The notes: generated by a model not told the origin, from the letters alone. A stretch of 57,900 bases of DNA from Methanofastidiosum sp. (GCA_041678455.1 JBAYOH010000003.1:1-57900), one strand, 5' to 3'. Numbered from the stretch's first letter, positions 1 to 10,524 are shown. Numbers and translations: made by a program.

Positions 1-102
1 GACCCAAAATTTGGATAAAAAGAGTTAAGAAACACGATGAAGCGCCCCAAGATTTATAAAATTGAAAAGATAGGAAAAAAATAGAGGTTAATCGTAATCC
101 TC
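1..102 (+). mobile_element. Right end of an IS5-type element or MITE (rest lies outside the window)
   Basis: Near-identical to 12137-12236; ends in TTAATCGTAATCCTC, the same terminal motif found at 12236 and 14495. Confidence 0.7.
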
Positions 103-386
103 TTGATATCAAAAATCGATATAAAGCGCTAGATATAATTTTTAATCAAATAAAAATAGACTGTAGAATTAAAACAATGAAAGAGATAAATCCCAAAAAC
201 TATCGAGAATTATGGGGGCCCATCGTACACATTGGCCCAGATGAGGAACTTTTTTTTGGAGGTGGGGGATATCATAGATTTGCAATTGCCCTTATACTTA
301 ATTTAAAACTTCCAGTAATGATTGGCTGTGTTCATAAAAGTTCAATTCCATTATTAAAAGACTTAAGAAAAATAGCAAATAAATAA
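103..386 (+). pseudogene. 5'-truncated hypothetical protein with a ParB/Srx-like GxHR motif
   Basis: Frame of ORF 177..386 stays open back to the IS end (DIKNRYKALDIIFNQIK...); contains FGGGGYHRFAIA. Confidence 0.55.
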
Positions 387-467
387 GATATCTATAATAG
401 AATATAAGGGTGTAAAAGTTTATAAACTTTATAAAAAGATAAGAATGAGTAACTCTGCTATAACCTA

Positions 468-1685
468 ATGTCCATAATTGGGAGCACTAATATGGAAAAA
501 GCTATGGCCTTCATTCAAAAATATCCTAAAGCATATCGAATTATACTTTTCTTTTGGGGATTTTATAGAAGGGGTTTTATTTATAGTAAGTTATTAAAAA
601 TTGCTAGAATTGTAAATGTGGATACTAACACTACCATATTTTATGATTTAGATCTTCTACTTGGAGCTCAATTGCGTGATGGTAACTTTAGTAGAATGGA
701 TATTATCGTTAAGTATTTAGCTTTGGAAGAAGTATATGGCAAAAATAATGGCGGTATAGCCATTTTCGAAAAAATGCAAAAAATAATAAATCCTGGTAAT
801 ACAGAGCCAATACTTGAATTAATTAAAGTGGCAAATTCTTTTGAAAAATATTTTATAACTACTAAATATGCTACAGTTGATAGCAATCTCAAAATAATTG
901 AAGATATGAATATAATACCATGTGCAATTTTCTTTAATACTCATATGATACCTATAAGATTTACATTGAGAAATAAGAACGTTACTTATGGACTAAATTG
1001 GTTTAATAAAAATAATTTTCAAAAAGAGGATATTTCTAGGATAAAAACAAAATCTGATGAAATACTAAAATTACCAAATTTAAAAAAAGAAATATTAAAT
1101 ATTCTGCATAGCCAAAAACAGCAATTTGGAGAAGGAAGATTTTACCAAAGCTTTGAAGATTTAAGGATATCCGGCCAGAGACCCACCTATGAACGTTTTA
1201 AGAAATATGGTATTGAAAAATATTTGAATAAATCCTCTTGGGTATTAGATATTGGCTGCAATGTTGGATTTTTTTCATTGTATGTATCCAAGTATGTTAA
1301 AAGAGTAGATGGGCTGGAGACTAATAGTGAACTCTTTAAAATTGGTACATTAGTAAAAGATTATTTAAAAATTAAAAACTGTTATTTCTTTAATTCAGAT
1401 TTTAAGAAGCATAATTTTTCACACAAATACGACATAATTTTATCATTAGCAGTTCATAATTGGATAGGCTTGCCATTAGATGAATATGCTAGAAAACTTT
1501 ATTTGTTACTTAACTCAAATGGTTTTGTACTATTTGAAAGTCACGATATTAAAGATACCAAATATGACTTTGATAGAGAATTGAATATTTTTAAAAATAT
1601 TGGATTCAAAGTTGAATATATTGGAGATATTTGTGACGATGGATTACTTAAAAGGAGATATGCATTATTAGGGAAAAATAGATAA
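468..1685 (+). CDS. Class I SAM-dependent methyltransferase with uncharacterised N-terminal domain
   Basis: VLDIGCNVGFFS SAM-binding motif I in the C-terminal half; glycan-locus context. Confidence 0.8.
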   Translation: MSIIGSTNMEKAMAFIQKYPKAYRIILFFWGFYRRGFIYSKLLKIARIVNVDTNTTIFYDLDLLLGAQLRDGNFSRMDIIVKYLALEEVYGKNNGGIAIFEKMQKIINPGNTEPILELIKVANSFEKYFITTKYATVDSNLKIIEDMNIIPCAIFFNTHMIPIRFTLRNKNVTYGLNWFNKNNFQKEDISRIKTKSDEILKLPNLKKEILNILHSQKQQFGEGRFYQSFEDLRISGQRPTYERFKKYGIEKYLNKSSWVLDIGCNVGFFSLYVSKYVKRVDGLETNSELFKIGTLVKDYLKIKNCYFFNSDFKKHNFSHKYDIILSLAVHNWIGLPLDEYARKLYLLLNSNGFVLFESHDIKDTKYDFDRELNIFKNIGFKVEYIGDICDDGLLKRRYALLGKNR

Positions 1686-1755
1686 GAAGTAGTGCTATTC
1701 TACTATTTCATTTCTTTATATCATGTAATATGTTTCCTCGTTTCTTATTAATTAA

Positions 1756-2133
1756 TTATTCTTTATAAAAACCATTTACGATCTTTCTAACTTTGTTACT
1801 AACATTCTCTAAAGAATATTCCCGTGGGGATTCCCAATCTTTTGATGATGAAAGTGCAATACTTAAAGATTTAAGTATGCTATCTTTTTCAATACCGCTC
1901 AAAATATTACTTCCACACTCTATAGTTTCAGGTCTCTCTGACATCCCTAATTGTTGCCGTTGGAACTTTAAGAATACAACATTCTTCTTGGACTGTTCCA
2001 CTGTCAGTTAAAACACCAAGCGAATTTTTTTCTAATTGAATAAAATCAAAAAATCCAAAAGGATAGTAATAAAAAATACTGTCAATATTAAATCTAATAC
2101 CAAATTTTTCCATTTTATCTTTGGTATGTGGAT
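1756..2133 (-). pseudogene. wecB: UDP-N-acetylglucosamine 2-epimerase C-terminal remnant, frameshifted and 5'-truncated
   Basis: HPHTK...PFGFFDFIQLEKN...LTDSGTVQEE...TIRDV in one frame and ERPETIECGSN in another. Confidence 0.8.
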
Positions 2134-2929
2134 GCCAAGCTGAAAGTCTCCAATTGATTCGAGAAAAATATTCAAATGTTCGTTTACCAGAATATACAAT
2201 TGGGTTAATTTGTGGTGGCCAGCATAGTAGCTATATGATTGATGATCTAATTGAACAAAGTGGATGTGATGACGAAAATATATCAAGATTCCGATTTAGA
2301 GACAAAGCCGTAGGCTGGCCTGGAGATGTTCACATTTCAACCCGTACTAAAGATTATTGGCTACCAAATGAAAGACGCTTAAGATTAAAACAGATTTATG
2401 AATTACATCGATGCATTGTCTGTTATGACCAGATGAATATATTCTGTGATATTGTATGTGGGGCCCATGGGGTATTTCTCAAAAACAACAACCCGAATGG
2501 CATATTGTTGTCATTGCCAGAACAGAGTCAGGAAAAAAGCTCTTGGAAAATGCTGCAAAAGATGGGGCAATAATACTTGAAGAATTATCTATAGAGGATA
2601 TTTTTCGTGGGCAGACTGTTGACGGAAGACATAAAATTAAATTTTACACTTCACGCGATATTTATAATGAAAATAAATGGATATTTCCATTTTCAAAAGA
2701 TAGTTTTGTAAATATCAATTATGCCCCAGTAAATAAAAAAATTCAGGAACAGCTAAATCAGAGACGGATATACACACATGATGTGTATATGACAAAAGAG
2801 AGTGAAGATTATCTTAGGAAAATCAGCTTGAAAAAGAAAAAAATAGAAGGAAACTTAACACAGAAACTGAAAAAGAAGATAATTCATATTGGGGGATTTA
2901 TTCTAAGAAAAGTATCCATCATAAATTAA
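2131..2929 (+). pseudogene. FrhB/F420-hydrogenase beta C-terminal-domain protein remnant (glycan-locus type)
   Basis: CQ...IGLIC...GWPG...RCIVCYD...DI then frameshift (GGGGCCCATGG where GDPW is expected) to WG...VIARTESGKKLL. Confidence 0.65.
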
Positions 2930-2930
2930 A

Positions 2931-4385
2931 TTATTTAAAAATCATATTCTTAAAAAATAATATTTCATACATACTTATCCCTCTAAGAAGTAAAATAATT
3001 CCAAAATATGTACTAACTCCGAGACCAATCACGAAAAATATATCCTTAATTGTTACAGGACATAAAAATATGATTAGTAATGACATAACTAGAGATGCAG
3101 ATATACTTTTTATTATAAAATCTAGGCTATAATCAAGTTTAATGTACTTAGAAGAGTAAAATAAAATAATAACAAAATTTATTACAAAGGCGATTAATGT
3201 TGTAAACGCTGCCCCATTTATTCCAAATATAGGAATAAATATTAAATTTAAGATTAGATTTAAAATTGCAGCAATAATAGTAGAACTTCCAATAATCTTA
3301 GTTTTATTATTGACAACTAAAATATATATAATAATTGACTTAAGTCCGAGTATAATATAACTTAAAGCAACATAAGGGGTAATTAAATAACCATTTGTCG
3401 CTATTTCATTTGTCGAGAGAATTGTTAAAATTGGGCGAGACAAGAGAGACATACCAAAAAAAGCGGGAATTGCCAATAATAGAAAGTATTTCATTGAATA
3501 TTTAAGAATCTTTTTAATTTGATCAATATCATTCTGATCGTAGTTTTTAGATAATGTTTGGGGCAACATAAATACAATCGGGCCATAAAAAATAGATATT
3601 ATACTTCCTAACGCATAACCAGGAGAATAGTATCCCGCAAAGGATACGCCCAGTAATAATGTAATAATATACCTATCACTTGAATTAGTTATCCAATTTG
3701 AAATTGTTCCAGGGACTAATGGGGCACTATAATTTAGATATTTTTTTGTATTAATAAATCTGGGTAAACAAAAACCAACATTTGAAAAAACGTATGCCAT
3801 ACTGCCTGAGAAAACTATGATTTTTGAAAACAATAGCCCCATGATGGCACCAACTATCCCATAATCTGCAAAGATAAAATAAGAAACAAGCGAAAATGTA
3901 AGAATCATTTCAAGTATTTGAAAAAAAGAGTATAGCCTAATCTTATTAAAAGTTCGAAATATGCCAATTAGAGGTGTTTGTATACACTCAAATAATAAAA
4001 GAATCGAGAGTATATGCACAACCTTAAAATTATTGCCAAACAGAGAATTGGCCAATTGATTAGATAATACAAAAAATAATAAAGAAACAATGCTACCTAC
4101 TAAAAATACTATAATAAAGATGGAGTAAAAATCTTCTTTTATTTTATTTTTATCTTTTACGGATGATAAGAATCTAATAATTCCAGTATTTAATCCTAAG
4201 TTTACAATTGGCGGTATCAATCCTATTGTAACGCCTACCATGGCCCATATGCCATATTGTTCAATGGACAAGTTTTTCGTGATTATGGGAACAAAAAAGA
4301 TTTTTATCATTCTATTTAAGATCTCTATAAATCCAATCAATCCTACTCTTTGTGCAAAAAGTTTGTGCTCACTCATTTGCCTCAT
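2931..4385 (-). CDS. Wzx/MOP-family oligosaccharide flippase
   Basis: About 480 aa, many TM segments; YGIW, DRYII, NLILNLIFIPIFGINGAAFTT motifs. Confidence 0.88.
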   Translation of the reverse strand: MRQMSEHKLFAQRVGLIGFIEILNRMIKIFFVPIITKNLSIEQYGIWAMVGVTIGLIPPIVNLGLNTGIIRFLSSVKDKNKIKEDFYSIFIIVFLVGSIVSLLFFVLSNQLANSLFGNNFKVVHILSILLLFECIQTPLIGIFRTFNKIRLYSFFQILEMILTFSLVSYFIFADYGIVGAIMGLLFSKIIVFSGSMAYVFSNVGFCLPRFINTKKYLNYSAPLVPGTISNWITNSSDRYIITLLLGVSFAGYYSPGYALGSIISIFYGPIVFMLPQTLSKNYDQNDIDQIKKILKYSMKYFLLLAIPAFFGMSLLSRPILTILSTNEIATNGYLITPYVALSYIILGLKSIIIYILVVNNKTKIIGSSTIIAAILNLILNLIFIPIFGINGAAFTTLIAFVINFVIILFYSSKYIKLDYSLDFIIKSISASLVMSLLIIFLCPVTIKDIFFVIGLGVSTYFGIILLLRGISMYEILFFKNMIFK

Positions 4386-4547
4386 ATAATGGAAATATCT
4401 CTATTTTTTAAGATTATAGGTATAGATCAAGAAATTTTTTTATGTTTACTTCCAGATGTTTTGAAAGATATATTTTATATATGATATCAAACTATACGGC
4501 ATTGAAGGCCATATTCAAAACACGTTTTGTTTTATGGGGAAGCTTAA

Positions 4548-4673
4548 ATGTTAGATAATAAAAAAGATTGTGTTGGATGTTATGCTTGTTTCAACGCATG
4601 TCCACAAAAATGCATTACTATGGAAAATGATACCGAAGGTTTTATTTATACTAATTGCAATGAGAAAGAATGA
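4548..4673 (+). pseudogene. 4Fe-4S ferredoxin N-terminal stub of an FrhB-like protein, internally deleted
   Basis: Manual translation MLDNKKDCVGCYACFNACPQKCITMENDTEGFIYTNCNEKE*; CxxCxxCxxxCP motif; ATGA overlap with next gene. Confidence 0.7.
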
Positions 4674-5824
4674 AAAAAATAGCAATAATCACATTAAATG
4701 ATTATAAGAATTTTGGAAATAGGTTGCAGAACTATGCCACCCAAGAAGTTTTAGCATTTTTAGGATTTATTGTAGAAACTATTCCTGTTGATCTTACTGT
4801 TAAAAATTCAAAAATAAATAAAACAAGAGGAATCAAAAAAATAATTGTAATGGGAAGTAAGGTTCGCAGAAGTGGACTAAATCTTAAGACATTTAAAAAA
4901 ATTCTTTTATTTACATCAGCTTATTTAAAAAAGGCGAAGGATGGATCAAATCAAGAAAAAAGGATAAAAACATTTAAAGACTTTACATTAAATTATATAA
5001 GAGAAACAAATTATGTCCTTTCTGAGAGTAATATTCCAGAAAACTTAGGTGATAAATATGATTACTTTATTGCTGGTAGTGATCAAATTTGGAATCCTTT
5101 TTTTACAAACGGATCGTCTATATACTTCTTAGCATTTGCCCCCCAAAATAAAAGAGTAGCATATTCAGCCAGCTTTGGATTATCCGAAATGCCCACAATT
5201 CATATTGAGAATTACAGGTTGGGGCTTTCTGAAATACATAGGATATCCGTTAGGGAAAAAGACGGAGCCGGTATTGTTAAAGAACTAACGGGCAAAGATG
5301 TAATAGTTACACTTGACCCAACAATTATGATTACTAAAAATAAGTGGTTAACAATTGCAAAAGAATCAAAGCACAATCCTAGATGCAATTACCTTTTAAC
5401 ATATTTTCTAGGCGATATAAATAAAGATGCCAAACAAAAAATAAAATATATTGCAAAAAATAACAATCTAAAAATCATTCATCTAAATAATCCTAGGAAC
5501 TCAGAAACTTATATTATTGGGCCAAGTGAATTTATAGATTATATTAATTCAGCAAGTTTAGTTTGCACCGATTCTTATCACGGCAGTATCTTTTCTATTT
5601 TATTAGAAAGGCCTTTTGTTGTGTTTGAGAGGACAGTTAAAGATTTTTCAATGTATTCAAGAATTGAAACCTTATTAGATAAATTTGACTTAAACAATAG
5701 AAAAGATGTTAACATAAAGGATAATCAGGTATTTGATATTGACTTTGAATCAGTTCGTCCAATTATAGATATTGAGAGAGAAAAAGCATTGAATTATTTG
5801 AAAGAAGCCTTGTCTATTGATTAA
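4670..5824 (+). CDS. Polysaccharide pyruvyl transferase family protein
   Basis: NFGNRLQ, AGSDQIWN, ISVRE, LDPT, TDSYHG motifs. Confidence 0.85.
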   Translation: MKKIAIITLNDYKNFGNRLQNYATQEVLAFLGFIVETIPVDLTVKNSKINKTRGIKKIIVMGSKVRRSGLNLKTFKKILLFTSAYLKKAKDGSNQEKRIKTFKDFTLNYIRETNYVLSESNIPENLGDKYDYFIAGSDQIWNPFFTNGSSIYFLAFAPQNKRVAYSASFGLSEMPTIHIENYRLGLSEIHRISVREKDGAGIVKELTGKDVIVTLDPTIMITKNKWLTIAKESKHNPRCNYLLTYFLGDINKDAKQKIKYIAKNNNLKIIHLNNPRNSETYIIGPSEFIDYINSASLVCTDSYHGSIFSILLERPFVVFERTVKDFSMYSRIETLLDKFDLNNRKDVNIKDNQVFDIDFESVRPIIDIEREKALNYLKEALSID

Positions 5825-5924
5825 AATAGTTAATATATTAATACATTCTTTTAATTTTGATTGATAAATTATTCCTAAGATTTTTCTTCAGGAATAATAA
5901 ACTACCTTACTCAAGAAATTGTTA

Positions 5925-6872
5925 TCAATTTATCTCACAAATCTTTTCTCTTAATGTTTTATTTGAAATTCTAGAGTTTGCCCCAATGACAGAATTTATT
6001 ACAGTTGATGATTTGATAGTTGAGTTTGGTAAGATAATCGAGTTATCAATTTTAGAGTCAGTAATCTTGCATTTATTTCCAATAACAACATTGTTTCCTA
6101 TATCACATTCCTCATCTATTTCACAGTTTTCACTTATATGGGAATTACCAGAAAGTGCAATTGAATTTGCCTCTAAGTAGGATTTTCTATCGCCAATATC
6201 GATCCAATTACCGCTCATTACCTTGCCATAAACATCTCTGCCTTTTCCCACAGCATATTCAATAAACTTACCGGGGCTATCAACGTAGCCATTATCAACT
6301 GCACTTCTTAATAAAGAAATAGAATCTCTAGGATAAAAGTAAAGTGCTGTCGATACAAGTGTTGACTTTGGGATTTTTGGTTTTTCTTCAAAATATTTGA
6401 TATAATTGTCCTCAAGCGTTATCTCCGAGTAAAGCTTCACCTTTTCTATGTCCTTAAGGTCGTACAATCCAACGGTCAGTGATTTTGATCTATTGTATGC
6501 GTTTGCTAGCTCTTTTATAGAAAAGTCAAAGTAGTTGTCACCTGCACAAATAAACAAGTCCTCACTTATTCCATTATTATCAATTAGATGCAATATGGCC
6601 CTAAGAGCACCAAACTTTTCCTCTTCTGATCTAGCAGGCTCAATTGAAAGTTTAAATTTCTCATCAATATTAGACTCTTCGAGCCAATTCCTATAATCCT
6701 TCTCAAATAGTTTGGAAGTAGTAATATAAATATTATCTAATTTTTTTATTTCAGATATCTTATCGCAGACATGTTCTATACAGGGTTTGTTACCTAAGGG
6801 TAAAAGAGGCTTACTGTAAGTAAGTGGTCTCATCCTTTTTGCAAATCCACCTGCAAGAACTATGCCCATCAT
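5925..6872 (-). CDS. Sugar-1-phosphate nucleotidyltransferase
   Basis: LAGGFAKRMRPLT-x-KPLLP signature, EEKP, WIDIG, C-terminal hexapeptide repeats. Confidence 0.88.
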   Translation of the reverse strand: MMGIVLAGGFAKRMRPLTYSKPLLPLGNKPCIEHVCDKISEIKKLDNIYITTSKLFEKDYRNWLEESNIDEKFKLSIEPARSEEEKFGALRAILHLIDNNGISEDLFICAGDNYFDFSIKELANAYNRSKSLTVGLYDLKDIEKVKLYSEITLEDNYIKYFEEKPKIPKSTLVSTALYFYPRDSISLLRSAVDNGYVDSPGKFIEYAVGKGRDVYGKVMSGNWIDIGDRKSYLEANSIALSGNSHISENCEIDEECDIGNNVVIGNKCKITDSKIDNSIILPNSTIKSSTVINSVIGANSRISNKTLREKICEIN

Positions 6873-6913
6873 AAAAATCTACACATTCTTAATTTTTATT
6901 TTAGTAAACTATA

Positions 6914-7693
6914 TTAAAATTTCCAGTTTCTTAGTTTTAAGATTCTGTCATAGTCAGGATCACTTGGTTTTAACTTATCTTGTAACAGACCAATATTATA
7001 ATAAAGCTTACAAAGTAATTCAAGTAAACTACCCTCTAAGTGATATGGCTCATTAAGTTCAAAATCAGTATCAACTGTTACTAATCCCTCTTGTCTTGTC
7101 GGATGCAAAAACCAACCATGATAAGCTTCTTCTCTAGTCAAACTCAATGCCATTTTGCCAAATATCTCCCTCACTTTAAGTGCTGCCATTGATGCAATCG
7201 GATGAGTTTTAAGAGAAGCTATGAATATCATAGAGTTGTACTCTAATTCTTTTAAGAGATTCTCATCTTTTTTTGGAAGATTTAGAAAATTTCTTTCAAG
7301 CAAATAAATCATGCCTGCATATGTAGTAACATTATAAAAAGGCGGCTCTTCTTCTGCAGGTATAGTGATAGTTTCTTTTGCATATTTCTTCGAAGCGGCA
7401 TTAGGATTGCAGGTCAATAATACAGCATCACTAAAATGTTTAGCAGCATTAATAGAATCTTTACCGCCTGATGCGGATATTATACAGACTTTTTGATTAG
7501 TTGGCAAACGATTTACCTCTTCAGCTCTAAACACAAATCCATTGTATTTCATTGCATATAGCCTTGCAACGTGGAAGGCATTTCCATTACCTATAAATGC
7601 ACTGCCAGTAAGATTTGGTAAATCAATTCCATTATTATTTATCTCTTTTATTATTTCAGGTATTTTGTTGACATAGTAATGAAGTGGAATCAT
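6914..7693 (-). CDS. Divergent SIS-domain phosphosugar isomerase-like protein
   Basis: IISASGG phosphate loop, KVRE and EEAYHG resemble SIS/GlmS motifs; lies between PMM and nucleotidyltransferase. Confidence 0.55.
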   Translation of the reverse strand: MIPLHYYVNKIPEIIKEINNNGIDLPNLTGSAFIGNGNAFHVARLYAMKYNGFVFRAEEVNRLPTNQKVCIISASGGKDSINAAKHFSDAVLLTCNPNAASKKYAKETITIPAEEEPPFYNVTTYAGMIYLLERNFLNLPKKDENLLKELEYNSMIFIASLKTHPIASMAALKVREIFGKMALSLTREEAYHGWFLHPTRQEGLVTVDTDFELNEPYHLEGSLLELLCKLYYNIGLLQDKLKPSDPDYDRILKLRNWKF

Positions 7694-7712
7694 TGATTTT
7701 CCTCTTAAAGTA

Positions 7713-9008
7713 CTAACTCTTTAGTATTTCTCCAATTTCATCAATCTTTTTTCTTAAAGTTTTTTCATCCTTAGCCTCGATATTTATCCTGAGTAAAGGC
7801 TCAGTATTAGATGGCCTAATATTTGCCCACCAGTTGTCTTGCTCTATTGTTATGCCATCGGTATGGTCTATCCTACTATCTGAATATTCTTTTAACAGTT
7901 TATCTATTGTTTCCTTCTGATCTTTCACCTTAAAATTAATCTCTCCGCTATGGGCGTATTTCATATATTTTTTAGCTACTTCACTTAAAGGAGTATTACC
8001 AATAGCTTTCAGAATATAGTAAAGCGCCAAAAGCGGCGCCTCAAACCCCCCAGCCTCTCTAAAGTAGAAGTGATTTGAAAGCTCTCCGGCAAATATTGCA
8101 TTCTCTTCTTTCATAGTTTTTTTGATAAAGTAGTGGCCAACTCTACTCTTCAAAGGTTTACTGCCTAAAGAAACAATAGTTTCAGGAACTATATGGCTAC
8201 AGCGTAAGTCATAGATTACTCTTTCATTAATTTTTTCTTTTAGAATTTCAGAAAGCATAACACAAGAAAGTATATCGCCACGAACCATATCTCCTTTTTC
8301 ATCAACTACCCCCATCCTATCTCCATCACCATCGAAGATTATCCCAATACTGGAGCCTGTTTCTTTGACCTTATCAATTAGCATTTCAAGGCACTCTTTC
8401 TTCATAGTGTCTGGTGCGTGATTGGGAAAGTTTCCATCAGGCATATCCCCGATAAAATAAATCTTAGAGAATATTTTTTCAATTATCCTTTTCTCATAGA
8501 CCGTTGCACCATTAGAAAAGTCAACTACAATACTATCTTTATAGCCTAAATTCTGAAATTTATCAAAATAATACTTAACATACCCTTCCCCGAAATCTTT
8601 AATATAGTCTCGGGATTTATACATTATATCAGGCATTTCTTGCTCTTTAAATTCTGGCTTGATATCCTTCTCAGGGGACAAAGGTATCCCATCTTTTCCA
8701 CATATCTTAAACCCTGTGAATCCCTTTGGATTATGAGAGGCTGTGGAAATTACCCCAACATCAAATTTATCTTTTGTCAAATAGTAAAGCATGGGCGTTG
8801 AAATAATACCTGCATACTCAACTTCAGCATTACTATCCAAAACACCGGTAATAAAATAATCCTTAACTTTATCTGAGCCTATGCGTGAATCTATTCCAAA
8901 CAAGATCCTTTTGTACTTCCCACCTAAAGCTCTTCCAAGATTATATGAAAAATTCTCATCGATCTCTTGCGGATATTTTCCCCTTATATCATAAGCCTTG
9001 AATACCAT
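7713..9008 (-). CDS. Phosphomannomutase/phosphoglucomutase
   Basis: FKAYDIRG, TASHNP phosphoserine motif, DGDGDR, GELSNH, RPSNTEP; ATG at 9008 preferred. Confidence 0.93.
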   Translation of the reverse strand: MVFKAYDIRGKYPQEIDENFSYNLGRALGGKYKRILFGIDSRIGSDKVKDYFITGVLDSNAEVEYAGIISTPMLYYLTKDKFDVGVISTASHNPKGFTGFKICGKDGIPLSPEKDIKPEFKEQEMPDIMYKSRDYIKDFGEGYVKYYFDKFQNLGYKDSIVVDFSNGATVYEKRIIEKIFSKIYFIGDMPDGNFPNHAPDTMKKECLEMLIDKVKETGSSIGIIFDGDGDRMGVVDEKGDMVRGDILSCVMLSEILKEKINERVIYDLRCSHIVPETIVSLGSKPLKSRVGHYFIKKTMKEENAIFAGELSNHFYFREAGGFEAPLLALYYILKAIGNTPLSEVAKKYMKYAHSGEINFKVKDQKETIDKLLKEYSDSRIDHTDGITIEQDNWWANIRPSNTEPLLRINIEAKDEKTLRKKIDEIGEILKS

Positions 9009-9092
9009 GAAATCTATGATTATAGTAAAAAATCCATTTATTACTATTATGGTTTCTTTAAAATCAAACCAAATCATTTATAAATAGATTCA

Positions 9093-10031
9093 ATGTTGAG
9101 AGAAACCATGAAGCGAGAAGCCCTAGTGTATAACACCGCAATGCTAAATCTTCCTAAAAATACACTGCAATTCCTATTTGGAGTAATTCTATTTGCAATG
9201 GCTGGCGGGGATTACAATATTATAACATGCATAATAGCGGCCTCTGGACTTGGCCTTGGCCTTGGCGCGATATACCTCTTCAATGACCTAACTGATCTAA
9301 AAGAAGACAGACACAATGAAATGAAGATAAGGTGGAAGGCCGTTGCAAACGGCACAATGTCGAGAGATGAATCCATAATATTGATCAAGCTCTCTAGCAT
9401 CACAGGAACGCTACTCGCACTTCTCTCAGGATTAAATTTCTTCTTAATCTATCTATCAGTTATTGCATTAAACATCTGTTATTCCCACCCATCAATCAGA
9501 TGGAAGAATAGCAAGACACTATCAGTAGCCGCAATAGCAACTTTACAGGTATTGAAATTTTCTAGCGGCTGGTTTCTGTTCACACACACAATAGAAGGCT
9601 TTCCAATACTATTTGTTATTGCGCTCGCAATAGGGTATACTTTGCTCTTCATCTACTATAAGAATGACACAGAAAATCTAAAAAAATTAGTTATAGAGGA
9701 CAAGAAACGAGTCTTGCCGTTATCACTTACCTGCATAATTATGCTCTTAACATCATTTTTCATATACACTTTTCCTGCAATTGCTCTATCAGCAATAATA
9801 CTTGGAATACCTACAGTTGGCCTATATTTCCTCACAAAAAATTATATCGGCAAATCTGTAAATGTTGTCTTCATGTACGCTGGGCTTGTCGTGCTGCTTC
9901 TCTCATTTCTACTATTATCAACACCAACGGTCACAGCTATTAATCAGAACATGATCGACCAGAATGCAACTATGAAACAGTACATTTTAGTAACGGCAGA
10001 GCAGATTATCTCAGGGCTTTCTGGAAGGTAA
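9093..10031 (+). CDS. UbiA-superfamily prenyltransferase
   Basis: YLFNDLTDLKED Asp-rich motif; multi-TM. Confidence 0.78.
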   Translation: MLRETMKREALVYNTAMLNLPKNTLQFLFGVILFAMAGGDYNIITCIIAASGLGLGLGAIYLFNDLTDLKEDRHNEMKIRWKAVANGTMSRDESIILIKLSSITGTLLALLSGLNFFLIYLSVIALNICYSHPSIRWKNSKTLSVAAIATLQVLKFSSGWFLFTHTIEGFPILFVIALAIGYTLLFIYYKNDTENLKKLVIEDKKRVLPLSLTCIIMLLTSFFIYTFPAIALSAIILGIPTVGLYFLTKNYIGKSVNVVFMYAGLVVLLLSFLLLSTPTVTAINQNMIDQNATMKQYILVTAEQIISGLSGR

Positions 10032-10047
10032 TCGGATAATCTTTGAC

Positions 10048-10275
10048 TTATAAATATTTTAGAAAATCTTCCTCTTCAATATTGGCCTGTTTTAATATTC
10101 CTTTCAAAGTTCTAATTTTTAATTCATCATGCAATGGAACTACACACCCAACTTTTCCAGTTTGGTCTTCCTTAACTAGAATTACGTGACTTCCAGCTTG
10201 CCTTATTGGTGTAAATCCCATTTTTGTCAATACCTTAATTACTTTAATGCCAGAAAGACAATTAAGTTTTGGCAT
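10048..10275 (-). CDS. hicA: HicA toxin
   Basis: GF...RQAGSHVIL...VVPLH...LKGILKQA. Confidence 0.88.
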   Translation of the reverse strand: MPKLNCLSGIKVIKVLTKMGFTPIRQAGSHVILVKEDQTGKVGCVVPLHDELKIRTLKGILKQANIEEEDFLKYL

Positions 10276-10474
10276 TTAAAGTGACCTCAAAAGTAGTGAG
10301 CAAAGGGTTGGAGTGTTTTTTTAATGGAAATTCATCTAAATATAGTTCAGTTGCTTCCTTTAAATTAGAAAGTGCTTCATCTATGGTATAACCTTGGCTT
10401 ACCGTTCCTATTTCCGGACACTCTGCAACATACATATCCTCTTCCTTAAAAATAACAGCACTAAGCATCATCAA
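10262..10474 (-). CDS. hicB: HicB antitoxin
   Basis: YVAECPEIGTVSQGYTIDEALSNLKEA; overlaps hicA. Confidence 0.88.
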   Translation of the reverse strand: MMMLSAVIFKEEDMYVAECPEIGTVSQGYTIDEALSNLKEATELYLDEFPLKKHSNPLLTTFEVTLNAKT

Positions 10475-10524
10475 CTAAGATTATTTATAAATGTATATAA
10501 CTTTTACTGAAGAGAATTTTTAAA

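Noticed and set aside
77-103. AGAGG...CCTCT hairpin as a conserved RNA motif or SECIS
   Set aside because: Better explained as an IS terminal repeat, since a matching inverted copy and a transposase stub occur at 11920-12060
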